A DNA stretch of 64,000 nt. Origin: Mantamonas sphyraenae STR306 (taxonomy: Eukaryota; Protista; CRuMs). Shown in pieces: positions 22,052 through 35,386 of this stretch (positions are counted from its first letter, which is position 1; each line of letters opens with the position of its first letter). The position numbers and the translations under genes are program-made. Under the pieces are notes generated by a model that saw nothing but the letters and a program-made list of their open reading frames with translations, was not told the DNA's origin and searched no databases. The stretch is from assembly GCA_026936335.1 (NCBI GenBank), contig JAPMXV010000025.1, positions 245,400 through 309,399 of the forward strand, read 5' to 3'.

Positions 22052-25000
22052 CTAGGATCGATCTGCCACAATACGGATGTCCAAGTGGCTACCTTGGTCT
22101 TCGAGGAACAGCACGTTGAGCTTGTTGAGCAGCGACTCGCGCTCGGCGGAAATAAACGGCCAAATGTCCTTGGATTTGATGATTCGTGAGAGAAGAATGG
22201 TGAAATGGCTCTCGCTTTCGGCGGGCGCCTCAACACGTTCGATGGCGGCATAGGGGATGACGGTGGGTGTGTACCCGAGCTCGTCCATGCGGGACTCGTT
22301 GACGACAACGAGGCTGTGCATGGTCAGCACAAAGATGCGATCGCGCAAACGTGAGCGTCGCGTGACAATCTTGAGGCAGACGTGGTGCACATAGCGCTCC
22401 TCGTTGCTCAGAAGCCATCCTTGCAGGCGACCCAATACGTGCGCTGGCACCTCGTCGCGTACTTCCAGTTCGTGCAGCCTCTCTGTCATCACGCGGTTCA
22501 CGCTGACGTAATTCTTTGTGCCCTCCAGCGTTTTGCTGATGAGATCCACCGCGCCGTTGAGAGGTTTAGTCGGCAATCCGACGATTCCTTTGCCGACGCC
22601 GTGCACCACACCGACAAACCCATTCTCCTTGCCCCCCTTCCACGGCTGCGTGACCAATCCAGACACACCAAACCACACACCAGCCCCCAATTCGTATCCG
22701 CCTTGCCACAGTCCAGTCACAGGCGAGCCCGGGTGGAAACGCGCTGCGCGCACCTTCCACGCGCGATACTCGCTGTCAAACGTCATCTGAATGGTCACCC
22801 AGCTGACAGTGCGCACCAATTTGAACGCAGTGTCAAAGAACGCATCTGCCGTGTGGTGCACCAGCGACGTGGCGCCGCCAGCCATCCCTTGCAAAAACGC
22901 TCCCGGGGTGTCATCCTGCACCAACCCAGTCCATGGAAGGACCACGAAATCGCTGACACCCGTACGTAGCTTGCGCCAAGCCCCTAGCGGCGAACCAATG
23001 GCGTCCAGAGAGGCCACAATGCGATGTACCTCGCTCCAGCCACGCTTGACAAACTCTGCACTCACGCTGCGCACCACCGCGTCCATGGTGTCAAACATGT
23101 GTGAGCGTGTGAACGTGTCCAGAGCAATGGGGATGCCGTCCCGCACCACGGGCCACCCGAGGCGATTTTCGCCAATGCTGAGGTTGACCTCAATCGGAAA
23201 GATGACCAGCTTCTCAATGTACACCTTTTTGCGCTCCTCGGAGTGCACGTCCTCCACCGTCGTCTCCGGATCCAACCACTGGCCCACCTCGCTGTACTGA
23301 GCCAGCCCAGTACGCTGTGCCACGTCCGGCAGCTCCTCCTCGGGGAACAAGTCTTCCCAAACGCCCACCACAACGCGCAGCAGTTCGCCGTCCAAGTTGA
23401 GATGCAGAGGGAGAAGCCGCACGCCTGCGTACTGTGTCACTCGCATGGACTCCTGTTCGATCCACTCCTGCAACACCTCCACCGCGTTGGCATTGGCGTC
23501 GTACAGCTTGCGTTTGTCGCAGCCCAGCAGCACACCAAACTCGGCTTCAGGCATCATGTTGTCCGCTTGGATGTTGAGCATCGTCAGGTACAGGTACTGT
23601 TGGTACCATTGCTTCGAGTACTCCGCGTTAATCTCCTCCATGCTTACATACACAATCTCGTGCTCCTCCTCGCTGAAAGCAATGTCCACCACGGGCAAGC
23701 GCACGCGAAACCTGCGTTGCAAGCCCAGTTCCTGTCCGTTGCGTCCGTTGACGCCTGCCTCGTCGCCCGAGTCTGTGGTGCCATATCCGCCAACGTCGTC
23801 CGATTCCTCGCTGCTTTGCACACTTGCCGAGTCGTCATCAGTTGTGTTGCGCCTTCCACGAGCCCGCACGGGGTTGATACCGGTCATGGCCAGGTTGACG
23901 AAGATGGGCTGCGCAGCCATGCTGATGACGACCATCTTTGTCTTGCCGCGTGACTGCACGCCAACGTTGAGCGACGTGTCCACCGCCCCTGCATCTCCAG
24001 TGTCCTGAAAATACACCCGGGAATTGCCAAAGTCATCGATGGCAAACGGCTCGCTCCATCCCCACTGACCTTTGCGCAGCCTGTACGACATGGCCCTGGG
24101 AACGTGAGTTGCATCTGTACCACCCAATTGCCCACGATCGCCGTCTGGGATGCCCCACGACGACGCACCGGTGCTGGATGCCGTCGCGGTTGCAGATGAT
24201 GACGATGACGATGAGGAGGAGGACGATGTGGCGGCGGAGCTCAAATGATGTGGGGCGTCGTCAACATGCAACACGACAAAGTCGTCGTCGTCGCTGTCGT
24301 GGTTTTCGCGTGAAACGTCCCGTCGTGGCACTTGGTCGCTGAGGCCATACGGGGTGCGTTGCCAGCGCAGGGTGACTCGCTTGTCGCGCGTGACATCGGT
24401 CCAGTAAAATTCGACACTCTTGCCGGTGGGGATGACGGTAATCTCCACTTCGTCGGTTTGGTGAACGTGCTGGGCTACTTCCAGCGGATGGTTGGTTGCG
24501 TTGTGAAACACGTACGGCGCAAACAGGTTTTCGCTAAAGATGACGGTGACATTGTGGCCCACAAGCTTGACGGTGACATCCACAACGTGGTACTCGTCCT
24601 CGTGTGTCTCACTGCGGAATTTCAGCGTGAAGCGAGCTTCTTCGGTGACGCTGAGCATCTCGAAGCTCCAGGCGGTGGATTCGCCCACGGTGGTGGTTGC
24701 TTTCAGACTGACGAGCAGCTGGTCGGTAAACACGACGCTGTCGTGCGTGCCTCCACGCTCCAGGGTCATCTGATAAAAGTTGAGTTTGAGCTGGAGATCG
24801 TACATGGTCTGGTTGCTGAAGTGGAGCCTGGGCGACAGGGTGATCACACGGCAAAACTCGTCCAGCGGACGTACGTCCATGATGAGCTCGTACTTGACAT
24901 TGATCTCGGGGATGTCGATTTGGATGACACTGGTGGACTTGAGGTAGATGTTGAGGGCATCTGTCCAATGGCCATTGGGCGCACGCACTTGGATCTGCCG

Positions 25001-28000
25001 CGGGCCCATCTTCCAGCTGAAGGGCAGTTTGGCCATGGGATTGAGGGAAATCTCGTCGCGCGAGTTGCGCTGGCGCACAAAGAGGCTGATGTCGCTCTGG
25101 TTGACAAAGACAAACTGTGTGTTGAAGTACATGGTGCGTGCGACGTGTGCATCGCCACGCCACTGTGTAAACACATTCAGTTTGACGCTATCTGCCACGG
25201 TGCCCGTGCCATAGTCCCGGCTGCGGTCGACGTGCAGCTCCACCTCGTTCTGTTGCACCAGCCGGGTGCTGATTCCGTCGCTCCATTGTGAGTTGTCCAT
25301 GCGGATGTTGAGTTCCTGCAGGTCGGCTCCGTCGTGGAAGATGCTCTTGTTGGAGTTTGGCGGGATGTACCCTCCGCTGCCCTTGGAGGGCAAGTAGAAC
25401 TCGAGCGGGAAAACGCTGAGGTTTTCCAGGACAAGCGGGGGCACGACGTTGACCTCGACGAGACCCGAGTCCAGTTGGCGGATGGTGATGCTGACGAGGC
25501 GAGTTTCGTCCAGATGGTGGCTGTGCAACTCGAGCTTCTGGGCTGCGTCAGCCTTGCGCAGCGAAATGCTGATGGGTTGGGACCAGGTCCACTCGTCGTT
25601 GGGGCGGATGCGGAACTCTTCATGCTCAGCCCAGTCCTGGTGAAAACAGATGGGCAGGGCCTGACCGGGCGGGCAGCCAAGGTTGACCATGGGAAAGCGG
25701 CCGGTGTGTTTGAGATCAATGGGCCCGTCGGTGTGGTTGACCAGGCGGTACGCTGGCAAGAATTCGACTTGCTTCTTGAGACCACGCGATGTGACGCGCA
25801 CAATCACGTGTCGTACAGTCTTGTCACGCGAGCGGTCGCCAAAAAGAGAGCGCTGGGACGGTGCAGCGGAGGACGACGGGGAGGAGGAGGGCACCTGACG
25901 ATAGGACACGCCACTGGAGGAGGAAGAGGAGGAGGAAGCGCTACCGATGCCACCGCTGTTGCTGTAGGCAGACGGGGAACCGGCAGGGGTTCCGACAAGG
26001 TTGTGTGCCTGTGCGGTGTTGTTCATGTGCAAATGGCGCATGTCGATGATAAAGGTACCGGCCACATCCATGCTGAAGCCCTTTGTACGTGCCCAGCCTC
26101 CGTCGACGGCAACGTCGAGGAGTTTGGGAAGGTACGGGTTCTTGAAACTAAAGGCGACGCTGCTTCCTGCGGCGAGGCTTTGTCCATCGATGGTTTTGCT
26201 CTGCCAATAGACGAGGTCGTGTTCGAGGTGGTTGTGGAGCACATACTGGAAGTGTGAGACGGAGCGCAGCTCCTCATCGTCGGCAGTGTCCCGTGTGGAG
26301 GTGACGAGTCGGTAAATCTCCATGAGCTGGCGGACGTGCTCCTTGTTGAAGCGGATCTTGGCGCGGTCGAGACAAACGAGGTCGATTTCAAAGATTGCCT
26401 TGGGAAGAGGCGTGTGCAGCTGCAGCGCGGAGGGTACGCGGGTTGGGTGGCTTGCCACGGCGAATGTCGAGCGAGATCATGACCGAGTCGAGGAACGGGT
26501 CGGGCATGAGAAACTTCATGTTGTTGACAAGGATCTCTGTGCGTGCGGTGAGGTTGAGCTCCATGTAGGCCTGCTGGAGAGCAAGCTGGGCCTCAATTGT
26601 CTTGAGGTAGACGTAAAAGAGCTCGACCTCTGCGGCGTAGTCGCTGATGATGACGAGGTCGATGTTGTTGACAGAGAGCTGGAGCATTTGGTCGAGGACA
26701 CGCTTCGGGGTAGAGGCAGCGGCAGCCTCTGCGGCGCGCATTTCGCTCTGGATGGTTTGCACGCCAGCGGCAGATGGGTTGGCCGGGTTTGCAGAGGGAA
26801 GGTGGAGTTGCTCGCGCTCCTTTTCGCGGAAGGCCTTTGCGTACTTTGCAATGATGCGCATGGCCGTGTGGTAGAGCTTGAGTGAGAGGCGTGCGCTGAG
26901 GACATCGACATTGACGCGGAGGAGGAGGTAGCCGTGGCCGTTGACGGCAGTGGGCTTGGAGGTGAGGGTAAGGTCCACACTGGCCGGGTGTACGATGACA
27001 GTGGACTGCTGGAGGGAGCCTGAGCCGACGTCGAGGGTTTCGAGGAGCACCTGGCAGCCACTCATGAGGAGGTCGATTTGGGTCAGGGCCGGATTGTCCA
27101 TCTGGATGTTGTCGTTGGAGATGAGGGTCATGGTGTTGGTGAGGGTCATGACAGAAACAGCATTGTCGTGTTGTTGCTCGGGTAGCAGCAGGGTGGGCGT
27201 GTTAATGACGATCTTGAAAACTGTGGTGCCGTGAGGTTGGGCATGCAACGAGACCGGTCGAAGGGGCGTCTGCTTGGCAGAGGATGGGGAGGGGGAGCCA
27301 AGGGAAGAAGAGAAGAGGAGGAGGAGGAGGATGAGGAGGAGGAGGCCGAGGCGGAGGCGGGTTGAGGGGACAAAGAAGGGTCGGCGGGTGTGGTAGCGTC
27401 GAGATCGGTAAGGGCCGTCTGGACCGCAGCACGCATTTGGTGGTACTGCTTGCGGAGGTTCTTTTGGTGCCCGAGGAGGGTGAAGAACTGGCGGACGGGG
27501 GTGAGGACGGCGGGGGCGTTGAGGACGACGAGGGGATCGACGTCGACTATGTAGGAGCTCGTCTTGCCGGCTTGCTCGACCTGGATGCGAAAGGTGGGCT
27601 GCTCGTGGATGTCTTCGTCGCCAGGCTGAAGGGCGCTGACGTCCTGGAGCATGAGGGTTGCGAGGCTGTGTGAAGCTGCGTGTGCTGCGGTTGTCGGGAG
27701 GGGCCGGATGAGGGTTGGAAAGAGGGCACTGTTGGGGTCTGCGGCGTAGACAGACTGTGCACTGACACAACGGCGCTTCATCTGCTTGCGGTTTTCAATT
27801 TCGACGGCAAGGGAAAACAGCTTGAAGAGAAGGAGAGGGTGATCCTGGCGCAGGAGGGTGAGGTTGAGGAGGCGAATATTGACAGCAATGCGCGACTTGA
27901 TGACCCCCTGAGCGGCGGCGGCAAAAAGAGCGGCCCGTTGTGCGCTGGAGCGAGAGGCCTGAGCCTGGGCGGCCATTGCAGCAGCAAGCCTACGGCCCAG

Positions 28001-31000
28001 TCCGCCGCCTTCCTCGTCGTAATCGATGACCTCCTCTGCGTGTTTGATGTGTGAGAGCTGTTGCTCGGCAATGTTGAGGAGGAGAACAAACTGGTTGCGG
28101 GAGAGGAGAAAGTGAATGGTCTGTGCAGTGACGGTGATGTCCTGTGCCCACTTGTTGTTGAGCTCCTGCTTGCGCTGGCGGAGGATGCGCAGCTGGAGAT
28201 CGAAGGGTTCACACAGAGGGTGTCGATCGAGTTGGAGCTGTTCGGCGTCGTGTGAGGCAAGGAGGGAATAGAGCGAGGCCTTTGTGATCTTTGCCACGTA
28301 GCTTTGCTTGTGGTTGCCTGTGCACGTGCGTGTGACGTGGACGTGTTCGGGACACAGGGGGATACACTCTTGCGAGTCTGTGCTGTCGACAACGAGAAAC
28401 TCGCAGTGAAGGAGGGTTGCGTCAAGGTCAAGTTCAGAGGTGAACTTGCCAACGCGCTTCTTGAGGCGAGAGGAGACGAGAGTGCGGAGTGTGTGCACAG
28501 AGGACGGATTGACGGGCCCGTCGTGGTCGTCGGTGTTGTTGTGGTTTAGGGCGGCGACGGCGGCGGCGGCAGCGGCGTCTGTGCTTGGCATAAAAAACAG
28601 TTGGAGTTGGACGAGCTGCTGGAGAATCATGGCGACCTGGAAGTGTGCGAGATGGAGAGCAACATTCTTGAGGGAGTCGCCGTCGTCGAGGTAGATCATG
28701 CCAGGCAGGTGTTGCTTGCGGTCGGAGCGTGCAAGCTGGACGTACTTTTCGCGAATCTTTTCGTAGCGTAGGGCGAGGTGTGTCGGCTGGGACGGGTCGC
28801 GAACGGGCTGGATGATAGAAGGGTAGAGGGAGTCCTGGTGGCGACTCATGAGGACCTGGACAGCGTCGAGGGAGGCCTTGAGGACCTGTGTGGTGCACTG
28901 GTTTTCGAGCTGGAGATCGAGGCCCTGAAAGGAGGTCTGTGCAAGGGGACCGAGGCGTTCGTGGCCAATGTCGAGGGAGGTCATGGAAGTGAGCGGAGTG
29001 ATGATGTGGAGGAGGCCGTCGTCGATATGGAGGGAGAAGAGGGAGATGATGGGAGGGGTGTGTGGGAGGTCTTGCATGGGATTGGCGTCTGCAGGAGAGG
29101 AGGTGGAGGACGGGGCTTGCGTGTGGGCAGCAGATGGGGAGTTCTGAGAGGATGACTCTGGGTCGAGGGCAGCGTGGAAGCGGGCCTTTGCGATGGCCCA
29201 GTCGATGCGTTCATCGGAAAGAGTCTGGAGGAAGGAGAGCTCGCTCTTGCGTAGGTTGAGGTTGACGGAGGAGACGTGCATATGGATGAGGAATTGGGGC
29301 ACGTCGAGGGGTGTTTCTTGCTGGTCGAGGTCTGCAAAGTCGTTGAAGGCGATGGACATGTGCGTGGAGACGGGCTGGAGGAGAACATGTGCGTGATCGG
29401 TGGGTGTTGGTCGGATGTGGAGGGAGACGTCTGTGAGATGGTTGAGATAGCAGTGGAGTTGGCTCTGCTTGGGAGTCTTTGCAAGGCTGAGGTCGTTGTC
29501 GTGGGTGGGGAAGGAGGTCGTGTGGAAGAGGTCGCGAGCAAAGGCGGCAGGCACATCCGCCATGACACCTGGCTCGAGATTGACCATGAGCCAGTCTGCA
29601 ATGTGGCACTCGAGGACCTTTGAGGCGACGTACTCTTTGCCCGTGTGGCCAGCATAAGGGGGGAGGACGAGGACGGTGTCGTGCGCAGAGATCTTGAACT
29701 GGAGGTAATCAAAGAGGGCGGATTGCACGAGACGCTCGACCTGACGTTCGATACGGCGAGACACACGAGAGTTGGCAGCGTTGGAGAGAAAGCGCTGGAT
29801 GCGAAGGAGGAATTCACGGTCAAAGACAAAGCGGAGGTTGGCCGTGTTGAAGGTCGAGGAGGAGCGGGGCAGAGAGGGCAGGGACGGGGTTGAGGAGGAG
29901 GAGGAAGAGGAAGAGGAAGAGGAAGAGAGGAGGAGGAGGTGGTGGTGGTGGACCCGACATTTCGTGTGAGTTCCGAGAGGAGCTTGCGAGTGATATGTTT
30001 GAGCTGGACCATGGGTTCGGAAGAGTTGTCGGTTGTGGGAGAGAGGGTCGTGATGTAGTACGGGTGCTTGGTTCTGTCTGGAGAGAGCTCCTCGACATCG
30101 ATGCGGGGCACGGTGAGAGAGAGAGTGGTTTGGAGGACGTCGGGCCGTTCTGGGTGTGGTTGCGGCGGAAAGTAAGTTGCGGCGAGGTTGTGGATGCGGA
30201 TCTGGCAGAAGGAGCGGGGAGCACCCAGAAGCTGCTCCTTGAGGATGAGGTTGAAAAGAGAGATGGAGAGGGTGTAGGAAGGAGGTGGGGCAGCAGAAGA
30301 GGAGGTTTGCGTCGTGTCGAGGGTGTCGTCTTGGTTGTCCTCCGAGTCGTCGTTGTCGTCGATGATGATTGGGGAGGAGTCGGAGGAGGATGAGGAGGAG
30401 GAAGAGGAGGAGGAGGAGGATGTGTTTGACTCGGGTGCTGGGATGGTGTCAGAGTCAGAGTCAGAGTCAGAGTCAGAGTCAGAGTCAGAGTCGGAGTCTG
30501 CCTGGACGGTGTTGCGCTTTCGCAGGACGCTTTTGAACTTTTTCCAGCGGGTGGGTTTGGAAGAAGAGGCATTGGAGGAGGATTTGGAGGAGGAGGAGGA
30601 TGTGGTGGTCGTGGAGAGAGCGGCTGCAGCCTGTTGGTTCTTGTGGCGACTGGCGACGCTGTGGGTCTGGAGGGAGCGCGAGAAGCAGGCATTGAGGGCG
30701 TTGAGGGTAGAGGAGAGGAGGCGGAATTGATCTTCGGAGAGAGTGAGGTCGAGAGAGTCAATGAGGGCGTTGACAAGGACGGAGGTGATTTTGGCGTCGG
30801 CGAGAGAGTAGAGAGAGGTGAGCTGGAGGGTGAGGGGCAAAGAATCGACAAGAAGGAGAGAGGAAGCCATAGGAGCTTGAGGCTGGTCGTCGTTGTCGTT
30901 GGGAGAGGTGGAGGGGGCGTGTGCGGTGAGGGCGATCTGCGGGAGGAGGAAGCGGAGGTGTGATTGCGGTTGTAGGTGAGTGATGGGCGAGAAGTTCGGG

Positions 31001-31684
31001 GCCGGGTGAGGTGTGTGTGCGTCTGGGGGGTGTTTGGATGGGCAAAAGGAAGGGAGGGTGCGAGGAGCGGGAGGATTCACGCGGGGGTTGGGCATTTGCA
31101 AGGCAAGCAAGGCGTGGACGGGGACGTACAGAGGCACAGCGCATGAGACGATAGTTGAGGAGGTGGGTGGCACCCTTTGTGATTTTGCCGAGGGCGGTGA
31201 GGTCGACGGGCTGCCAGTCGGCATCGGTTGTGCGGAGGGAAAGGTTTTCGGCAGCGAAGTGGAGGCGTGTCTTTGCGTCGTGGTCGAGGCCCTTGCCTAG
31301 GCGGATGGTGAGGTCGATGCGCTGGATGTCAAAACCGATGCCATCGAGAATCTTGTCGATGAAGCGGCGCTTGGAGGCCTTGGAGGTTTGGTAGGCGAGC
31401 TGGGGAGGGCTGAGGACGAGGGGCTCGAGGAGCTCCAGGGTTAGGTGGCCGAGCTCGACGAGGATGGGCTGTGTCTTGATTTTGGAGAGCGGGACATGGA
31501 TGTGGACGGAGGAACAGTGTGCGGTATGTACAACGAGGTTGGGAGGAAGGTTGAGGACCTGTGCAATGGCGGCCTCGTGGAGTTGGATGTCTGAGATTTG
31601 CCAGTTCTTGAGGCGGTCGGAGGAGAAGTCTTTGATGAAGACAGAGAGGCGACTCTTGAGAGCCTTTGCGACGAGTTTGTCCAT
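22052..31684 (-). CDS. VPS13: VPS13/bridge-like lipid transfer protein (~3,100 aa; VPS13B-like C-terminus); 1 intron and 3 apparent frameshifts
   Basis: Chorein-N start MDKLVAKALKSRLSVFIKDFS; intron 31129-30937; VAB repeats (vxNxt..l); C-terminal ASLDAIGSPLG..GVSDF, Gly-rich ATG2_C-like and PH-like segments; frame breaks at ~29925, ~27310, ~26440. Confidence 0.85.
30449..30494. repeat. (TCAGAG)n hexamer microsatellite encoding Asp-Ser repeats in VPS13
   Basis: Seen directly. Confidence 0.9.
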
Positions 31685-31765
31685 GGTTGTTGAGAGGTGG
31701 GAGGGATGGACAGGGGTGCGTTTGTGTGCGTGGGTCGGGGCAGGAGAAGTTTTGGAAGCGTGGGC

Positions 31766-33049
31766 ATGAGCAGCCGTGAGAAGCAGCAGCGAGCAGTGAT
31801 TGTGGGAGGCGGAGCGATGGGCATATCGAGTGCAGTGGCGCTTGCTGAGGAGGGATGGGAAGTGGTTGTGCTGGAACAGGGGAGCAGCGTGCCAGCGGCA
31901 AAGGCAGCGTCGACGGATCTGAACAAGATTGTGCGAAGCGCGTATGGGTCGGACGTGTTGCTGCAGGAGCTTGCGGTGCGGTCGCAAGTGAAGTGGCTGG
32001 AGAGCGAGGTGCTGCGTTCAGCGTATCACCAGGACGGGTTGTTTGTGCTGCGTCGGGATCGGATGGAGGGCGAGTGCTACGAGTGGCAAACGTACGTGGG
32101 CCAGCAAGTGGAGGGACAGGTTGTGCTTCCTCGTGTGAATGCGCGTGTGCTGGAGGCGTGGGAACCTGCGTTTGCAAGCGGCTGCGCGCTGTACCCGCAG
32201 CTGGACGGATTCTTCTCGGGCCTGGATGGGTGGGCGGAGAGTGGACGTGCGGTGGAGCTGCTGATGGAGCACGCGGAGGGGACATTGGGGGTGGAGGTGA
32301 GAAGGAGTGCGCGGGTGACGCAAATTGTGCGAGAGGGTGGGCGAGTGGTGGGCGTGGAGACACAGGGGGGTGAGCGTGTGGAGGGAGACGTGGTTGTACT
32401 TGCGGCGGGCTCATGGACGGGCCGGCTTCTGGAGGAGACGGTGGGCAAAACGGCTGTGGACGGGCTGTTTGAAGCGAGCGCAATGCCGGTGGTGGTGTTT
32501 GAGGCCAAAAATGCACCAGAGGAGCTGTTGGCGATGAAGAGCGTGTGGGCGTGGGATATAGCGCGCACGGGCCTCTACGGGTTCCCTGTGGTGGACGGGA
32601 TGATGAAGGTGGGCATCCACGGGCGAGGGTTCCAGGTGCATCCGGACGAAGTGGACACGTTTGTGGACGCGGTTCCGGAACGGATTGTGAAGTATGCGCA
32701 GGATGCGGTGAAGGAACTGTTTGGTGTGGAGTTGGCTGTGAAGTACAGCCGCTTGTGCTGGTACTGCGACAGTTTCGATCATGATTTTGTGATCTCGAGG
32801 TGTGGTGTGGAGGGCATGGAGGGACTGGTGGTGGCAAGTGGAGGGAGCGGCCACATGTTCAAGTTTCTGCCGATGCTGGGAAAGCTGGTGTTGGACGCCG
32901 TGGTTGGCAAGACGAACAAGTGGAGCGAGAAGTTTCGATGGCGGGTGCCGGGTGGAAAAGGAGCGCATGCTGAAGGGGCGGGTGAGGCGATGAGGGGTAG
33001 TGGGGAGGTGGATGCGTTGTTTGATGGCAAGTTGAAGGCAAAACTCTAG
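31766..33049 (+). CDS. FAD-dependent oxidoreductase, sarcosine/pipecolate/fructosyl-amino-acid oxidase family
   Basis: VIVGGGAMGISSA (GxGxxG), ASTDLNKIVR, CWYCDSFDHDFVI, SGGSGHMFKFLP. Confidence 0.88.
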   Translation: MSSREKQQRAVIVGGGAMGISSAVALAEEGWEVVVLEQGSSVPAAKAASTDLNKIVRSAYGSDVLLQELAVRSQVKWLESEVLRSAYHQDGLFVLRRDRMEGECYEWQTYVGQQVEGQVVLPRVNARVLEAWEPAFASGCALYPQLDGFFSGLDGWAESGRAVELLMEHAEGTLGVEVRRSARVTQIVREGGRVVGVETQGGERVEGDVVVLAAGSWTGRLLEETVGKTAVDGLFEASAMPVVVFEAKNAPEELLAMKSVWAWDIARTGLYGFPVVDGMMKVGIHGRGFQVHPDEVDTFVDAVPERIVKYAQDAVKELFGVELAVKYSRLCWYCDSFDHDFVISRCGVEGMEGLVVASGGSGHMFKFLPMLGKLVLDAVVGKTNKWSEKFRWRVPGGKGAHAEGAGEAMRGSGEVDALFDGKLKAKL

Positions 33050-33124
33050 GGTGAACTGGCGATCTTTACTGTATCTCTTGCAGTTCGGTTCGAACGAGTG
33101 TCACATTAGAGCGAAGAAAAGCGC

Positions 33125-35284
33125 TTACAGACCCTCGGTGGTGGCGTACTCGGTGGCATCCTCGGCCTCAACCTCGGGCTCCTCGTACTCCTCGACCTCA
33201 GACTCGGTCTCGGGGGTCTCCTCCTCCTCGATCTCCTCCTCGGTGGCGGGGGTCTCCTCCTCGACCTCAGACTCGGTCTCGGGGGTCTCCTCGATCTCCT
33301 CCTCGGTGGCGGGGGTCTCCTCCTCGACCTCAGACTCGGTCTCGGGGGTCTCCTCTCTCCTCGTCTCCTCCTCGGTGGCGGGGGTCTCCTCCTCGACCTC
33401 AGACTCGGTCTCGGGGGTCTCCTCCTCCTCGATCTCCTCCTCGGTGGCGGGGGTCTCCTCCTCGACCTCAGACTCGGTCTCGGGGGTCTCCTCCTCCTCG
33501 ATCTCCTCCTCAGTGGCGGGGGTCTCCTCCTCGATCTCAGACTCGGTCGGTGGCGGGGGTCTCCTCGATCTCGATCTCCTCCTCGGTGGCGGGGGTCTCC
33601 TCCTCGATCTCGGTCTCCTCCTCGGTGGCGGGGGTCTCCTCCTCCTCGATCTCAGACTCGGTCTCGGGGGTCTCCTCGATCTCGGTCTCCTCCTCAGTGG
33701 CGGGGGTCTCCTCCTCGATCTCGGTCTCCTCCTCGGTGGCGGGGGTCTCCTCCTCCTCGATCTCCTCAGACTCGGTCTCGGGGGTCTCCTCCTCGATCTC
33801 CTCCTCGGTGGCGGGGGTCTCCTCCTCCTCGACCTCAGACTCGGTCTCGTCGGCGGGAGTCTCCTCCTCGGTGGCGGTCTCCTCAACCTCAGCGTCGGAC
33901 TCGGTGGCCGGGGCGGCCTCGACATCAGACTCGGTCTCGGTCTCCTCAACGTCGGACTCGGTGGCCGGGGCGGCCTCGAGCTCAGTCTCGGCAGCCGGGG
34001 TGGCCTCCTCGGCCTCCTCGGTCTCGTCCTCCTCAGCGGGCTCCTCAGGGGCCTCCTCGGCGGACTGCTCAATGTTCTCGGCCTCGGTCTCGGCGGTGGG
34101 CACCTGCTCCTCATCCTCGACGTCAGCGGGCTCGGCCTCAGTCAGCGGGGCGGTGGCCGCGTCAACGTTGTCGAACGACTCCTCTTCGGCGGGCTCCTCG
34201 GTGGACTCCTCGGTGGCCTCCACAGCGGCGTCCTCCTCGGCATCCTCTTCGGCGGGCTCTTCGGTGGACTCCACAGCGGCGTCCTCCTCGGCATCCTCTT
34301 CGGCGGGCTCCTCGGTGGCCTCCTCAGTGGCCTCCTCGGTAGACTCCTCCTCGGCGGGCTCTTCAACGGCCTCCTCGGTGGTCTGCTCCTCAGGGTCAGC
34401 CTCGGCCTCGGCCTCAGCCTCGTCCTCGACCTCGCTCTCAGACTCGGTCATCAGGTCCTTCAGCGGAGCTTCCTCGGCCTCGGACTTCTCCTCGACCTCG
34501 GCAACCTCGGGGGTCTCCTCGGCGGCGGACACGTCGCTGTAGTCAGCGTTCGAGTCCTCAAGGTTCTTGGTCTCCTCGACCTTCTCGGCCATCTCGGTGG
34601 GCTTGGCCTCCTCGGCCTTCTCGGCCATCTGGGCGGGCTTGGCTGTGACGGTTGCGTGCACGTTGTGTCAGTTCGCGCGGTCTTGTCGAGTGGCAGGGCT
34701 GCGAGGAAAGGAAGGAATCTCGGACCAGGCCCGTTTTTTTTTTGGCAGCCATGCACGAATTTTACCGCAGCGCTGTACTGGTCGTTGACCTCACACGCGT
34801 GGCCACACGAGCACATACGACGAGAAAAGGTGGAGAACAACACATGTGTAACACACGTCCACATGAAGGGCTGCCCCTATCTCACGACGTGCTCTGGAAC
34901 AGACGCGCAAAGCTGCCATCGTGGGCAGAGAGGGAAAAAAGGGCGGCGCGGGATGCACTGCGTTTGCGTCCTTCTACAAGGCCAGAGGCACGTAGGATGG
35001 CATGTGCTGCCAGTAATGACTGAGAGCACAACACAGCCGGCATGCAGGGTGTCGAGTCTGTGTGCTGCTGCTCACTGTGGAGCGGAACGGGACCAAACTC
35101 GCGGATTCGAGACGGGTGGAAAAAAAAAACGCCGCCCGGAATGTGGCGCAGCGAACCCAAACGCACCCTCAACCTCCGGCACAGAGTTGGAGATGGTGAA
35201 CTGAGTCTCCTCATCGGAGACGGCGGTGGCAACCACGGCCATCATAGCGATAGCAATCAGAAGAATGGCAACAGTACGCGACAT
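33125..35284 (-). CDS. Secreted, extremely acidic Glu/Thr/Pro repeat protein; 1 intron, frameshift near 33549
   Basis: Signal-peptide exon MSRTVAILLIAIAMMAVVATA (35284-35167); intron 35166-34643; EEETPATEEE/ETPETESEV repeats. Confidence 0.8.
33185..33900. repeat. Coding tandem repeat array (~27-63 bp units)
   Basis: Many copies of ctcctcctcggtggcgggggt and ctcagactcggtctcgggggt. Confidence 0.9.
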
Positions 35285-35386
35285 GCTGTTGTGCTTGTTT
35301 TTCGATGGGCAAGTGTGGGCGGCACGGCCGCGGCGGACGCGAACTTGCTGCCACAGCAAGTCGGGGTGCCAAGAGACGAAATCCAA

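Noticed and set aside
33185-33900. Repeat array as a CRISPR-like array
   Set aside because: No unique spacers; units are in-frame coding repeats
33051-35204. 717-aa Gly/Leu/Ser ORF on the + strand and other long antisense ORFs (e.g. 9241-10632, 41115-42629, 60127-62424)
   Set aside because: Shadows of biased codon usage or repeats in the real genes on the opposite strand
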